Of a stretch of 64,000 nt of DNA, positions 45,499 to 53,880 are shown in pieces. Source of the stretch: Methanobacteriota archaeon (lineage in GTDB: Archaea; Thermoplasmatota; Poseidoniia; Poseidoniales; Thalassarchaeaceae); contig JAAZXI010000004.1 in the NCBI GenBank assembly GCA_014240285.1, positions 1,476-65,475 of the forward strand. Direction: 5' to 3'. Position 1 is the stretch's first letter, and the number at the start of each line of letters is the position of its first letter. The notes under the pieces are model-generated. The model worked only from the letters and a program-made list of their open reading frames with translations, had not been told where the DNA came from and searched no databases. A program made the translations under genes and the position numbers.

Positions 45499-46581
45499 AT
45501 GTTTAGAGTCAGGCTGTCCGAATCGCCGATGCCGACGGGCAGCAAGGACCCTGATGTCCTACTGGCCTGGCTGCTCGATTCGATGGGATTGGTCAGACGC
45601 AAGACGGAGGGAGGGAGTGTCGAGGACGAGCAGGGTGCATTGCACAGGCTGTTGCGCGAGACGGTGCTGGTCGATCCCCTTGGAGGCTGGAACGCCAAGG
45701 CGCTGGGAGACTCCAGCGGCCTGTCTCAAACCGGCGTCCACCACCAGCTCGTCAAACTGAGGGAGTCCGGACTGCTGGCCGCCGACACCGAGGGACGCTG
45801 GCACATCCACGTTCTCAGGGGAGGTTCAGTCAGCGCGGCTATCGAATTGGTTTCGGTGCAGGCCCGAGCGATTCTGGACCTGCGTCTGTCCGAGCTCGCC
45901 GAAATCATCTCCGAGTCGGATGACAGGATGGCTGCCTCGAGCGAGGACGATGAGATGGTCTTTCGAATCGAAGTTGCAGAGCCGGGGGTCGTTGCGGAAG
46001 GCGACGATTGGGTCGATGCGCTGGTACGTGACCTCGGACTGAGCGGCGAGCGAGCCAAGCCGGGTGACAGGCTGTCGCGCAACCTACTCGAAGAGCTGTC
46101 ATCAAGCGGCAGAGCGGTCACGCTGCTCGCTCTGGCTGAAAAATGCGGGGACTCCCGCGCCCGCGTCCAGAGATCGATTGAACGCATGCGGGTCGCGGGG
46201 ATTGTCGAGCGTGTGCCGATGCTGGACCGTATAGCCCAGGACGTGTACGGCGGCCTGATGCGACAGCACGACGCGCGAGGCGAAGAGTGGTTGATGACGA
46301 GAGGAGGAGTGGGCAGACTGGATGATTCCGTCTCAAAGGCCCTAATCTCGGGTGTCAGGAAGAAGTCGTTGAACATCGAGAAGGTGCAGAAGATACTGGG
46401 TCCGGTCTCACTGGACTCCCAGAAAGTCCTGCTCAACACCCTCGGAGGCAGGATGCCCTACGGAGTCAGAATCGCGGGCAGAGACGGGGCTGCAGTGAAG
46501 GAGAGGGTGATGCGCCGGACTGACAGGGCGCTGCGTCGGATGAAGACGGTGGCCCAACGACTCGACGATGCCTTAGCGTAG
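45499..46581 (+). CDS. Multi-winged-helix putative regulator
   Basis: At least two wHTH-like units (LSQTGVHHQLVKLRESGLL; VTLLALAEKCGDSRARVQRSIERMRVAGIV). No enzymatic motif. ATG at 45499. Confidence 0.55.
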   Translation: MFRVRLSESPMPTGSKDPDVLLAWLLDSMGLVRRKTEGGSVEDEQGALHRLLRETVLVDPLGGWNAKALGDSSGLSQTGVHHQLVKLRESGLLAADTEGRWHIHVLRGGSVSAAIELVSVQARAILDLRLSELAEIISESDDRMAASSEDDEMVFRIEVAEPGVVAEGDDWVDALVRDLGLSGERAKPGDRLSRNLLEELSSSGRAVTLLALAEKCGDSRARVQRSIERMRVAGIVERVPMLDRIAQDVYGGLMRQHDARGEEWLMTRGGVGRLDDSVSKALISGVRKKSLNIEKVQKILGPVSLDSQKVLLNTLGGRMPYGVRIAGRDGAAVKERVMRRTDRALRRMKTVAQRLDDALA

Positions 46582-46944
46582 TCAGACTGCGTGCTGTTCC
46601 AAGGTCTCTAGAGAGACTATCTGAAGCGTCTCCTCGTGTGTCGCCTCCACCACGATGGGGCATGCTACCCCTGCTTCGGTTGCATCCTGCCACGTCTGGG
46701 CGCATACGCACCACCTGTCTCCAGCCTTCAGTCCGGGAAAATTGAATTCTGGCGCGGGAGTGATGAGATCGTTTCCCTGTTGCCGAGCGAACTCGAGAAA
46801 TTCATCTGTGACCAAGCAACATACTGTGTGCAATCCCCTGTCACTGCGATCGGTGTTGCAGCAGCCGTCCCTGAACCAACCAGTGGGGGGTTCGGTTGAG
46901 CAGGGTTGGAGTTTCTCTCCAAGCACATTGAATGAGGGAAACAC
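46582..46944 (-). CDS. DUF2237 family protein
   Basis: NVLGEKLQPCS...GWFRDGCC...DRGLHTVCCLVTDEFLEF...GNDL...FPGLKAGDRWCVC matches the conserved Cys pattern of DUF2237. GTG start. Confidence 0.75.
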   Translation of the reverse strand: MFPSFNVLGEKLQPCSTEPPTGWFRDGCCNTDRSDRGLHTVCCLVTDEFLEFARQQGNDLITPAPEFNFPGLKAGDRWCVCAQTWQDATEAGVACPIVVEATHEETLQIVSLETLEQHAV

Positions 46945-46981
46945 GATTTCCGCATCGGGCAGGTTCTGATTAACTCGCCTA

Positions 46982-48022
46982 TCAGGCAGTCACTGTATGG
47001 GGCTCGGCTAGAGCCTCCAGATATTCAGTAACCCTGCTTCCGAGTTTGGTCTGGTCTTGTATGGAATGGAGATCCACCCTCATGGCTGAGGCGCCGGGCA
47101 GCCCCTTGGTGAAAGATACCGCATGTCGCTTGAGGTTCTTGTTCATCTGGACAGGATACAGCTCTTCACTCAGTTCAAGATACCGTTCCCAGCACCACAG
47201 TCGGGCGACTGCGGGGTCGTTGGAGTCCCAGGGAGGTTCCTGATTGTGCCAACCCATATCGCGCTTGATCTCATGGAACGCTGTTGGCCTTCCAATGGCT
47301 CCACGTCCAATCATTAGGCCAGCTGCGCCGGTGGCCTCGAGGCATGCTGCAGCGGTGGCCGCGTCAACCACGTCGCCGTTGGCGATGACTGGTATGTCGA
47401 CAGCCTCTACGATATTGCGAATCTGCTGCCAGTCGGCCTCGCCGGAGTACCTTTGGCGCAGCGTGCGGCCATGTACGCAGATTCGCTCGATGCCCTCAGC
47501 CTCGAGCCTCTGCGCGACCTCGAGCGCCGTGTTGGGCCCGCCGCCAGTACCGAGCCTCACCTTGACAGTGATCGGCACCTCGGCGACATCGAGGCAGGCT
47601 CGTACCATTTCGACGACCCTATCGGGGTCCCTGAGTAGCGCTGCTCCGGCGTCATTGCGGCAGACCTTGGGGGCCGGGCAGCCGAAGTTGATGTCGATGA
47701 TGTCGGCCCTATCCTGCAGCAGTTCGACGGTCTCAACCATCTCTGAAGTAATTCCTCCAAAGATTTGCGGGATGAACGGCTTCTCGCGAGGATCGCTCTC
47801 AACCTTGAGCCACGAGTGCGTGTTGTGTCTAGTCAGACCTGAAGCTGCGGTGAACTCGGTGACGGTAACATCTGCGCCGCACTCGCGCGCGAGGAGCCTG
47901 TAGGCGACATCCGTGACGCCTGCCATAGGGGCGAGGAATAGCGGCACGGACTCATTAGGCACGAACGGCGGTTCGGTAGCCCCTCTATGAGGCCGTCGAG
48001 GTCTCAGAAGGTGGATTCCCAA
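46982..48022 (-). CDS. dus: tRNA-dihydrouridine synthase
   Basis: [26 protein letters not shown] (catalytic Cys), VHGRT and an FMN-binding TIM pattern. There is no in-frame ATG upstream of the conserved N-terminus, so the start is TTG or GTG (TTG at 48022). Confidence 0.85.
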   Translation of the reverse strand: MGIHLLRPRRPHRGATEPPFVPNESVPLFLAPMAGVTDVAYRLLARECGADVTVTEFTAASGLTRHNTHSWLKVESDPREKPFIPQIFGGITSEMVETVELLQDRADIIDINFGCPAPKVCRNDAGAALLRDPDRVVEMVRACLDVAEVPITVKVRLGTGGGPNTALEVAQRLEAEGIERICVHGRTLRQRYSGEADWQQIRNIVEAVDIPVIANGDVVDAATAAACLEATGAAGLMIGRGAIGRPTAFHEIKRDMGWHNQEPPWDSNDPAVARLWCWERYLELSEELYPVQMNKNLKRHAVSFTKGLPGASAMRVDLHSIQDQTKLGSRVTEYLEALAEPHTVTA

Positions 48023-48618
48023 TCATCGACGCTCTGGGAGCGTTCCCAGTCGGCGTCAGATATGGAACTCCTAATCTTGAGAATCTCTCGGGCCAGCAAC
48101 CAGTAGACGAGAGCGAGCGAGCGACGTCCCTTGTTGTTGGCTGGAAGAACCAGATCGACGTTGCGCAGCATGTTGTTGGCATCACAAATGCCAACCACCG
48201 GTAGGCCCGAGTTCACTGCCTCCGACAAGGCCTGGGAGTCTGCAGCCGGATCGGTGACTAGAATCACCTCGGGCTCTATGTAGGTCCGTAGACGTGAATT
48301 GGTCAGTGTACCTGGGATGAAGCGCCCGACGATGCGCTTCGCGCCGATGTTGTCGGCGAATTTGCGAGCTGGGCGCTGGCCATACTGCCGGGCGCTCACA
48401 ACAAGGATTCTCTCAGGGTCGTAGCGAGACAGGAACTTAGCCGCTACGCGTATGCGCGAATCGGTCTCGTGGACGTCTATCAGATGCAGCCCAGCAGAGT
48501 CCTGACGCATGGTGTCGAGGAACTTCTTCATGTCCGCAGATTTCTGGTTGGTTCCAATGTGCACTGCGTGCTGCTCGTACACATCATGCGGCACGAGAAG
48601 GGCTAGACTCTCATCCAA
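48004..48618 (-). CDS. rps2: 30S ribosomal protein uS2 (archaeal type)
   Basis: [58 protein letters not shown]. The only in-frame start at the N-terminus is TTG 48618. Confidence 0.9.
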   Translation of the reverse strand: MDESLALLVPHDVYEQHAVHIGTNQKSADMKKFLDTMRQDSAGLHLIDVHETDSRIRVAAKFLSRYDPERILVVSARQYGQRPARKFADNIGAKRIVGRFIPGTLTNSRLRTYIEPEVILVTDPAADSQALSEAVNSGLPVVGICDANNMLRNVDLVLPANNKGRRSLALVYWLLAREILKIRSSISDADWERSQSVDDWESTF

Positions 48619-48690
48619 GTTGAATCCTCAGCGTCGCGGCGACCTGCCCTCGACTCATAAGCGCTACGCAACACCCCATATGGGCAGGAG

Positions 48691-49311
48691 CTAGTCCAGT
48701 TCGGTCAAATAGGTGCATTCGCCGCTCTCGTGCACCTCGTGGAAGCGCACGCACGGGCGGGTGATGGTCAGATAGACGTCAAAGTGGTCATGGAACGAGA
48801 GTTGCTCGATACCGGGATCAACTCCGTAGCCACGGGCCTCGACCTCAAAGGTCCATTTACCCACTTCGAAGGTGCCATTGCCGAGGGTGAATCTGGTCTG
48901 TGGGTAGTCACTGCTAGTCTCAATCTCCCAAAATGGATCGCCGCCGGCCTCCTTCACACCAGGCTGCCACAGACGCACCTCAACGTAACGCAACTCGTTC
49001 GTCTGGTTGTCAAGAATCTCCTCAAGTTGGGAGGACCAAGGAAACTGCGCACGGAAGTTGATGACAAGCATACTGACGCTCTCGTCGAACTGAATCAATT
49101 CCTCTCTCTCAAACGGCTCAGCGGCCTCCAACCCAACGGTAGATTCGAAGGTGTGTTCCCAACCGAAGGTCTCCTCCTTATCGATCACCAGCGGCGGCTC
49201 CCTCCATTTCTCCATGACCTCCCTCTGGGCGGCTAGACCGAGGCATCCACTGGTCAGCATCGATGCGAGCAGGATGGCGAGGATAGAAACCGCTGTGCTG
49301 CTGCTCTTCAT
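48691..49311 (-). CDS. Hypothetical lipoprotein
   Basis: An ATG at 49311 gives MKSSSTAVSILAILLASMLTSGC (lipobox-like). The mature part is acidic and beta-rich, with no recognised motif. Confidence 0.5.
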   Translation of the reverse strand: MKSSSTAVSILAILLASMLTSGCLGLAAQREVMEKWREPPLVIDKEETFGWEHTFESTVGLEAAEPFEREELIQFDESVSMLVINFRAQFPWSSQLEEILDNQTNELRYVEVRLWQPGVKEAGGDPFWEIETSSDYPQTRFTLGNGTFEVGKWTFEVEARGYGVDPGIEQLSFHDHFDVYLTITRPCVRFHEVHESGECTYLTELD

Positions 49312-49399
49312 CGTCAGTCGGAAACAACAGCCTATCTTCAATCCGCGTGTCGTTTGTCGGCCCTAACAGTCCCATATTGGACTCATGGCCATCTGTCGG

Positions 49400-50095
49400 T
49401 CACTCTTCCTCGGTGACCGCGCGGGGCTCATGGACTTCCCTGAACACCACTACGCCTACTCCGAGGTGGTCCCTCAAGGTGCGGACGAGGTTGAACTTGG
49501 CGAAGGCCCAATTCTGGTCGTAGGCGATGGCCTCGGGGGTGGTGATAGTCAGGTCGTCGCCCTCGAAGTCGACCTCGAAGTCGTCACGGCCGGTGTTCAT
49601 GCTGAGCAGTGTTGTGACCTTCTCGGTGCGGTCCTCGACTACCTTCGTAATTCGGTAGTCGTAACGCAGGGTGACGCCGGCTAGTGGATGGTTGTAGTCT
49701 ATCCTCGCGCGTCCTGCGCTGAGAAACTGAAGGATACCTGTGCGACCGCCAATCTCGACCTGTGCACCGATGCCGAGCATCTCAGGATTTTTCACGCTAC
49801 GCAACAGGACGTTTTGGCCGATGGTCTCCACGAGGCTCGCATCGCGCTCGCCGTAGGCGTCAGCTGCCTCGATGTCGAAGCTGTAGTCGGTCTCCGTTTC
49901 GGCCTCGGCCAGATGGGCCTCAAATCCGGGAATCAGTTGACCATCGCCGACCACGGTCACCATAGGCGAGTAAGTTCGTGTCTCGTCGTGGACGTCGTGC
50001 TCCTTGGCGGCCTCTTCTCTGGTTGTCTCAATGAGCTTCTCAGTCTCTACATTGAAGAGATCGTAATCGATGTGAACTATCGTTCCGTCGTCCAT
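49400..50095 (-). CDS. Long-type FKBP peptidyl-prolyl isomerase (SlyD-like IF insert plus C-terminal domain)
   Basis: VHIDYDLF, VVGDGQLIPGFEAHL, AYGERD, IDYNHPLAGVTLRYDYRITKV. Confidence 0.8.
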   Translation of the reverse strand: MDDGTIVHIDYDLFNVETEKLIETTREEAAKEHDVHDETRTYSPMVTVVGDGQLIPGFEAHLAEAETETDYSFDIEAADAYGERDASLVETIGQNVLLRSVKNPEMLGIGAQVEIGGRTGILQFLSAGRARIDYNHPLAGVTLRYDYRITKVVEDRTEKVTTLLSMNTGRDDFEVDFEGDDLTITTPEAIAYDQNWAFAKFNLVRTLRDHLGVGVVVFREVHEPRAVTEEE

Positions 50096-50184
50096 TGATA
50101 GGCCTCCTAGGCGACCCGCCGACCGGCTCCCCCTTTTTCATACAAACGGTATCACCGAAGGTGATATTTCGCTCGCTGTTAGGG

Positions 50185-52572
50185 CTATGCAGAGCGGTCA
50201 CTGGATGCAAGGGCCAGAGCACCTCCAAGCATCACTAGAACCCACCCGGCCCAGACTAGGTGGCTTCCCCTCAGGCTGTGCACGGTGACCCTGACGGTCT
50301 CAACTTCTTCGGTCCCACCGAGAATCATGGAGCTCAACAGGTCGTTGGACTGGAAAATGTCCAGAATAACGATGGTGTCGCCTGTCAGGCTGGTCATCCT
50401 GTCGACCTCCGAACGCGAGTTGACTGCTCCGCTTGGGGAGTCGAACCTCAGCATCCCCGGCCTAAGGGTGTCAATGAGTTCCCCGTCCTGTCTCACTTCG
50501 ATTATTACCCCAACAAAGCCGTCGCCAACGCCGAAGTCGTAGGTCTCGTCGTCGGCGGTAATCATTTCAGTGCCGACGAATACCAACTCGTAGCCGTCGT
50601 GCTCGGCTGGCTGATCTCGCTCCAAGGTGACTAGGTGAGAAGGGTCCGAGCGGTCGACGAGAGTGGTGGTCAGGACATGGCCGACCAGCAGCAGGAGGAT
50701 ACCGAGGTGTGCGAGGTGAGAGGCCAGCAGCCTAGTGCGGGAGGCATTACTGTTGCCGAGGCCGCCACTTCTGAGTTTAGGTAGAACGGTATTCGCAGTG
50801 CGCCATGCCTGCTGCGCGGTAGATGGTAGGGCGAAGATCAGCCAAGTCAACAGAAACAGAGCGACTGCCCCTCTAGTTATGCCGTTTGTGAAAATCAAAT
50901 CGGGGTCTCCAGGGAGGGAGAACTGATCGGCGGCGCTCGCGAGAGCAATAGAGGCCAGGAGCACTGCTCCGACCATTTTGTTGCCCACCTCAGGTGTGAT
51001 TGAGCGTCCCCAGGCGTACAGGGTCAGGCCGACGGCAAGCAGTCCGATGAGGGGGGCTCCGTAGAACTCATGGGCTTGGAGACTGGAACCGTCAATCTCT
51101 ATGGTCAGCAGCAGCCATGTCATGAGAAGGAATGCTGCGCCGCCATACCACGGCACCATCCTAGCGGCGCGGGTCCGCGCCGAGGAGTCGGAAAGAGGGA
51201 GTAGAAAATCCTCGAACTCACTCTCGTCCTCAGGAGATAGCAGCCAGGGAGCAAGGAACGGGACCAGTCCAGCGACCGCCTGCTGGATCTCGGAAATCCA
51301 GAGCCAGCTGGAGAAGAGCATCAGCAGGACGCCCATCGCGACCCAGTGCATCGGAGGATGCACGGAATCGCCGTGCACGATTAGTAACAGCAGTGCGAGG
51401 CCGACTGCGAAGACCGCGGTTGAACCGATCCAGAATGCAGCGGCGCAGAAGAACAGTAGCAAGGCTGCGGCCAGTTGTGGCCTAGCCGCCAGCATCGTAG
51501 TGCCATTGGAAGCAGCCACTGTGAGGCTCTGCTGCTGTCGCAGGTGAGCGTAGGAGTAGTAGCCGAGAATCAGAATCACGACGAGATACGAGGTGACCTC
51601 AATTCCCACCGGACTGAACTCAGCGATGTCTATGACGCGCAGGTAGGGATCATCGGCCAGCGTCCCCTCGCCGTCCGCCACGAAGGCGTGGACCGAGGCC
51701 CAGACTCCGTTCGCTCGGGTAACTAAGGTGGCATGGAAGGCGAGCGCTCCGGCAATTAGGCCGATGGCAGGAGCGACCGAGACAGCGCTGGAGCCGGGCT
51801 TGGCCCGTACGTGGACGATAAGCAGCAGTGCGAGCCACGGCAGTATAGAGCCGGTCTCGACAGGGTCCCAAGCCCAGTATCCTCCCCAGTCGAGCACCGT
51901 GTATGCCCACAAGCCACCCAATCCTATGCCGATGGTCCCGAGCACAAAGCCGGCGCGGGCCCAGTGTAGTTGGGCTGCGTGAACCGATTCGGCCGTATCG
52001 CGCCTAATCACTCCAGCTAGGGCTACGCTGGCAGTGGCCAGACACAGGGCGTAGTACGAGAACACGATTGGTGGGTGTATCACCATCAGATCGGTCTGGA
52101 GGAGTGGGTGTAGTTCGCCCTGGCTTCCAATAGCCGCAGCGAACGGGTCGAGCAACCATGAAATGACCACTAGCGCGGCTACCCAGCCGTGCATTATTCT
52201 TACTTCAAGCGGTGCTGGCTCGTCATCTCTGGCCATGAACCAAGTCACTACAGCCAGTATGGCAGCCCATAGGAGAAGAGGTCCCGCCCTACCTCCCCAA
52301 ACGGCTGAGATTCGATACAGTAGAGGTAGTTCGTCACCGCCATAGCGAGCGACTAGGTCGAGAGAGGAGGCATCGAGTACGAAAGCTCCGACCAACAGTG
52401 CGAACGGGGAAATTTGCGCGGCCATCGTGACATTGCGGACAACCGGGTCGCCTGCCTTCTCGGGTCGCGTAATCTGATGCAGGCTGGTCAGTAGCGCGAG
52501 CGCGAGTAGCGCCAACCCGAATCCAGGGAGTACGGAATCACCACCCGTAGTACCTAGCTCTGCTATAGCCAA
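50185..52572 (-). CDS. ccmF: Cytochrome c-type biogenesis protein CcmF-like (haem lyase / haem handling)
   Basis: WWD motif WGGYWAWDPVETGS, many TM helices, and a CcmF_C-like soluble segment near the C-terminus. The start is uncertain: TTG at 52572 overlaps the upstream gene by 35 nt, and the first ATG is at codon 50. Confidence 0.75.
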   Translation of the reverse strand: MAIAELGTTGGDSVLPGFGLALLALALLTSLHQITRPEKAGDPVVRNVTMAAQISPFALLVGAFVLDASSLDLVARYGGDELPLLYRISAVWGGRAGPLLLWAAILAVVTWFMARDDEPAPLEVRIMHGWVAALVVISWLLDPFAAAIGSQGELHPLLQTDLMVIHPPIVFSYYALCLATASVALAGVIRRDTAESVHAAQLHWARAGFVLGTIGIGLGGLWAYTVLDWGGYWAWDPVETGSILPWLALLLIVHVRAKPGSSAVSVAPAIGLIAGALAFHATLVTRANGVWASVHAFVADGEGTLADDPYLRVIDIAEFSPVGIEVTSYLVVILILGYYSYAHLRQQQSLTVAASNGTTMLAARPQLAAALLLFFCAAAFWIGSTAVFAVGLALLLLIVHGDSVHPPMHWVAMGVLLMLFSSWLWISEIQQAVAGLVPFLAPWLLSPEDESEFEDFLLPLSDSSARTRAARMVPWYGGAAFLLMTWLLLTIEIDGSSLQAHEFYGAPLIGLLAVGLTLYAWGRSITPEVGNKMVGAVLLASIALASAADQFSLPGDPDLIFTNGITRGAVALFLLTWLIFALPSTAQQAWRTANTVLPKLRSGGLGNSNASRTRLLASHLAHLGILLLLVGHVLTTTLVDRSDPSHLVTLERDQPAEHDGYELVFVGTEMITADDETYDFGVGDGFVGVIIEVRQDGELIDTLRPGMLRFDSPSGAVNSRSEVDRMTSLTGDTIVILDIFQSNDLLSSMILGGTEEVETVRVTVHSLRGSHLVWAGWVLVMLGGALALASSDRSA

Positions 52573-53785
52573 AGGCCAGCATTGCAGGTACGATTTTCTT
52601 GAAGTACAACCCAGGGCGGCGAACCAGCAGCCTCAGTCCTACCATCGCCTTCCCGCTGACCCCCATGTCCCCCATCTCGTCAGGGAAGCATCGAGCCATT
52701 ACCGACATTTCGTCGTCCGTCAGATCGAATAACGCGTTCTTGCCGCGCAGAATCTTGTCGTATGGCGGGAACTCGTCCTTCCACAGTCTCGAGTACACGG
52801 ATAGTCGCTGGGCGCTGAGGTCACCCTCGGCGATAGCCGCAGCGGCTGTGTCAGCGGCATAGACCGCTGACTTCAGTGCGAGGTGCGAGCCGCCTTCGAA
52901 GAGAGGGGAAGTGAAGCCGGCGGCGTCGCCGATCAACATCAGCCCGTCGTAGTGCGTATTATCGAAAGGACCGGAGATTGGAATGGTCCCTCCAAAGGCA
53001 GGATTGCCCTTCTCCTTCCAGGGCGGAGGAACCTGCTTGAGTTCCTTGAAGTGAGTGATGTCGATGAACTCGTCAAGCGCCTTCTTGGCCCGGGGTCTGT
53101 CCTCGGTGACCAGCCCTACGTTGGCGCGGCCTTCGCATTTGGGAATCATCCACAGGTAGCCCTTCTCGGCGTACTTCGGCCAGATGTAGAAGTCGAGATA
53201 GCCGTCTGTCGGAACTTCAAGCATCTCGTACTGCATGCCGGCCACGACCTCGCCCATCTTGTTCAACGGATTCTCGTCGACTAGTTTGACAATCTTCGAG
53301 CAAACTGCGGCAACGCCAGATGCATCGATGACGACCTTGGCCCGAATTGGGAATTCGTCTCCCTTGCCGTCGCATATCCAACCTGCGAATTGACCGTCCT
53401 CCTCCACCCTCTCCATCGAGGTGAGTTTGTGGTTGAGGTGCAAGTTGGCGCCAGCCTCGACAGCCTCGTCTGCAATCCACCTCTCAAACAGGTGCTTCTC
53501 GAGGACGTAGCCCTCCTCTGTCAGACACTTCTCGGTGCCGTCCGGGAAGATTACCCTGATTCCATGCACTCTGAGGCTGATGACGTCCTCCGGTAGATCC
53601 AGATTGAGGTTCTCACAGGCAATCTCGGAGATGCACTCTCCGCAGTGAACCGGGGTTCCTATTGCGGGGTGGTCCTCGATTATCATCGTCGAGAGTCCCT
53701 TGCGAGCGCACTGCAGAGCGGCGTTTCCGCCACCAGGGCCGGCTCCGACAATTAGGGCATCGCAGGTCCTCATCGCATCTCCCAT
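52538..53785 (-). CDS. Geranylgeranyl reductase family flavoprotein
   Basis: DALIVGAGPGGGNAAL (FAD GxGxxG), VHCGECIS, LIGDAAGFTSP. Confidence 0.85.
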   Translation of the reverse strand: MGDAMRTCDALIVGAGPGGGNAALQCARKGLSTMIIEDHPAIGTPVHCGECISEIACENLNLDLPEDVISLRVHGIRVIFPDGTEKCLTEEGYVLEKHLFERWIADEAVEAGANLHLNHKLTSMERVEEDGQFAGWICDGKGDEFPIRAKVVIDASGVAAVCSKIVKLVDENPLNKMGEVVAGMQYEMLEVPTDGYLDFYIWPKYAEKGYLWMIPKCEGRANVGLVTEDRPRAKKALDEFIDITHFKELKQVPPPWKEKGNPAFGGTIPISGPFDNTHYDGLMLIGDAAGFTSPLFEGGSHLALKSAVYAADTAAAAIAEGDLSAQRLSVYSRLWKDEFPPYDKILRGKNALFDLTDDEMSVMARCFPDEMGDMGVSGKAMVGLRLLVRRPGLYFKKIVPAMLAFGYSRARYYGW

Positions 53786-53880
53786 GGTACCATCGGAAGG
53801 TCGGATAACAAAGAAACCCTCGGTCCCGCCATCTATGATGGCGAGCGAACCTTCTCATCCTGTGGGTGCTCCGCCGTCTC

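Noticed and set aside
45726-46439. 237-aa minus-strand ORF
   Set aside because: It is antisense to the multi-wHTH gene. It is extremely Ser/Arg/Pro-rich, has no motif, and has no free intergenic space.
47244-47903. 219-aa plus-strand ORF
   Set aside because: It is antisense to the well-supported dus gene and has a Ser/Ala/Pro-rich composition typical of shadow ORFs.
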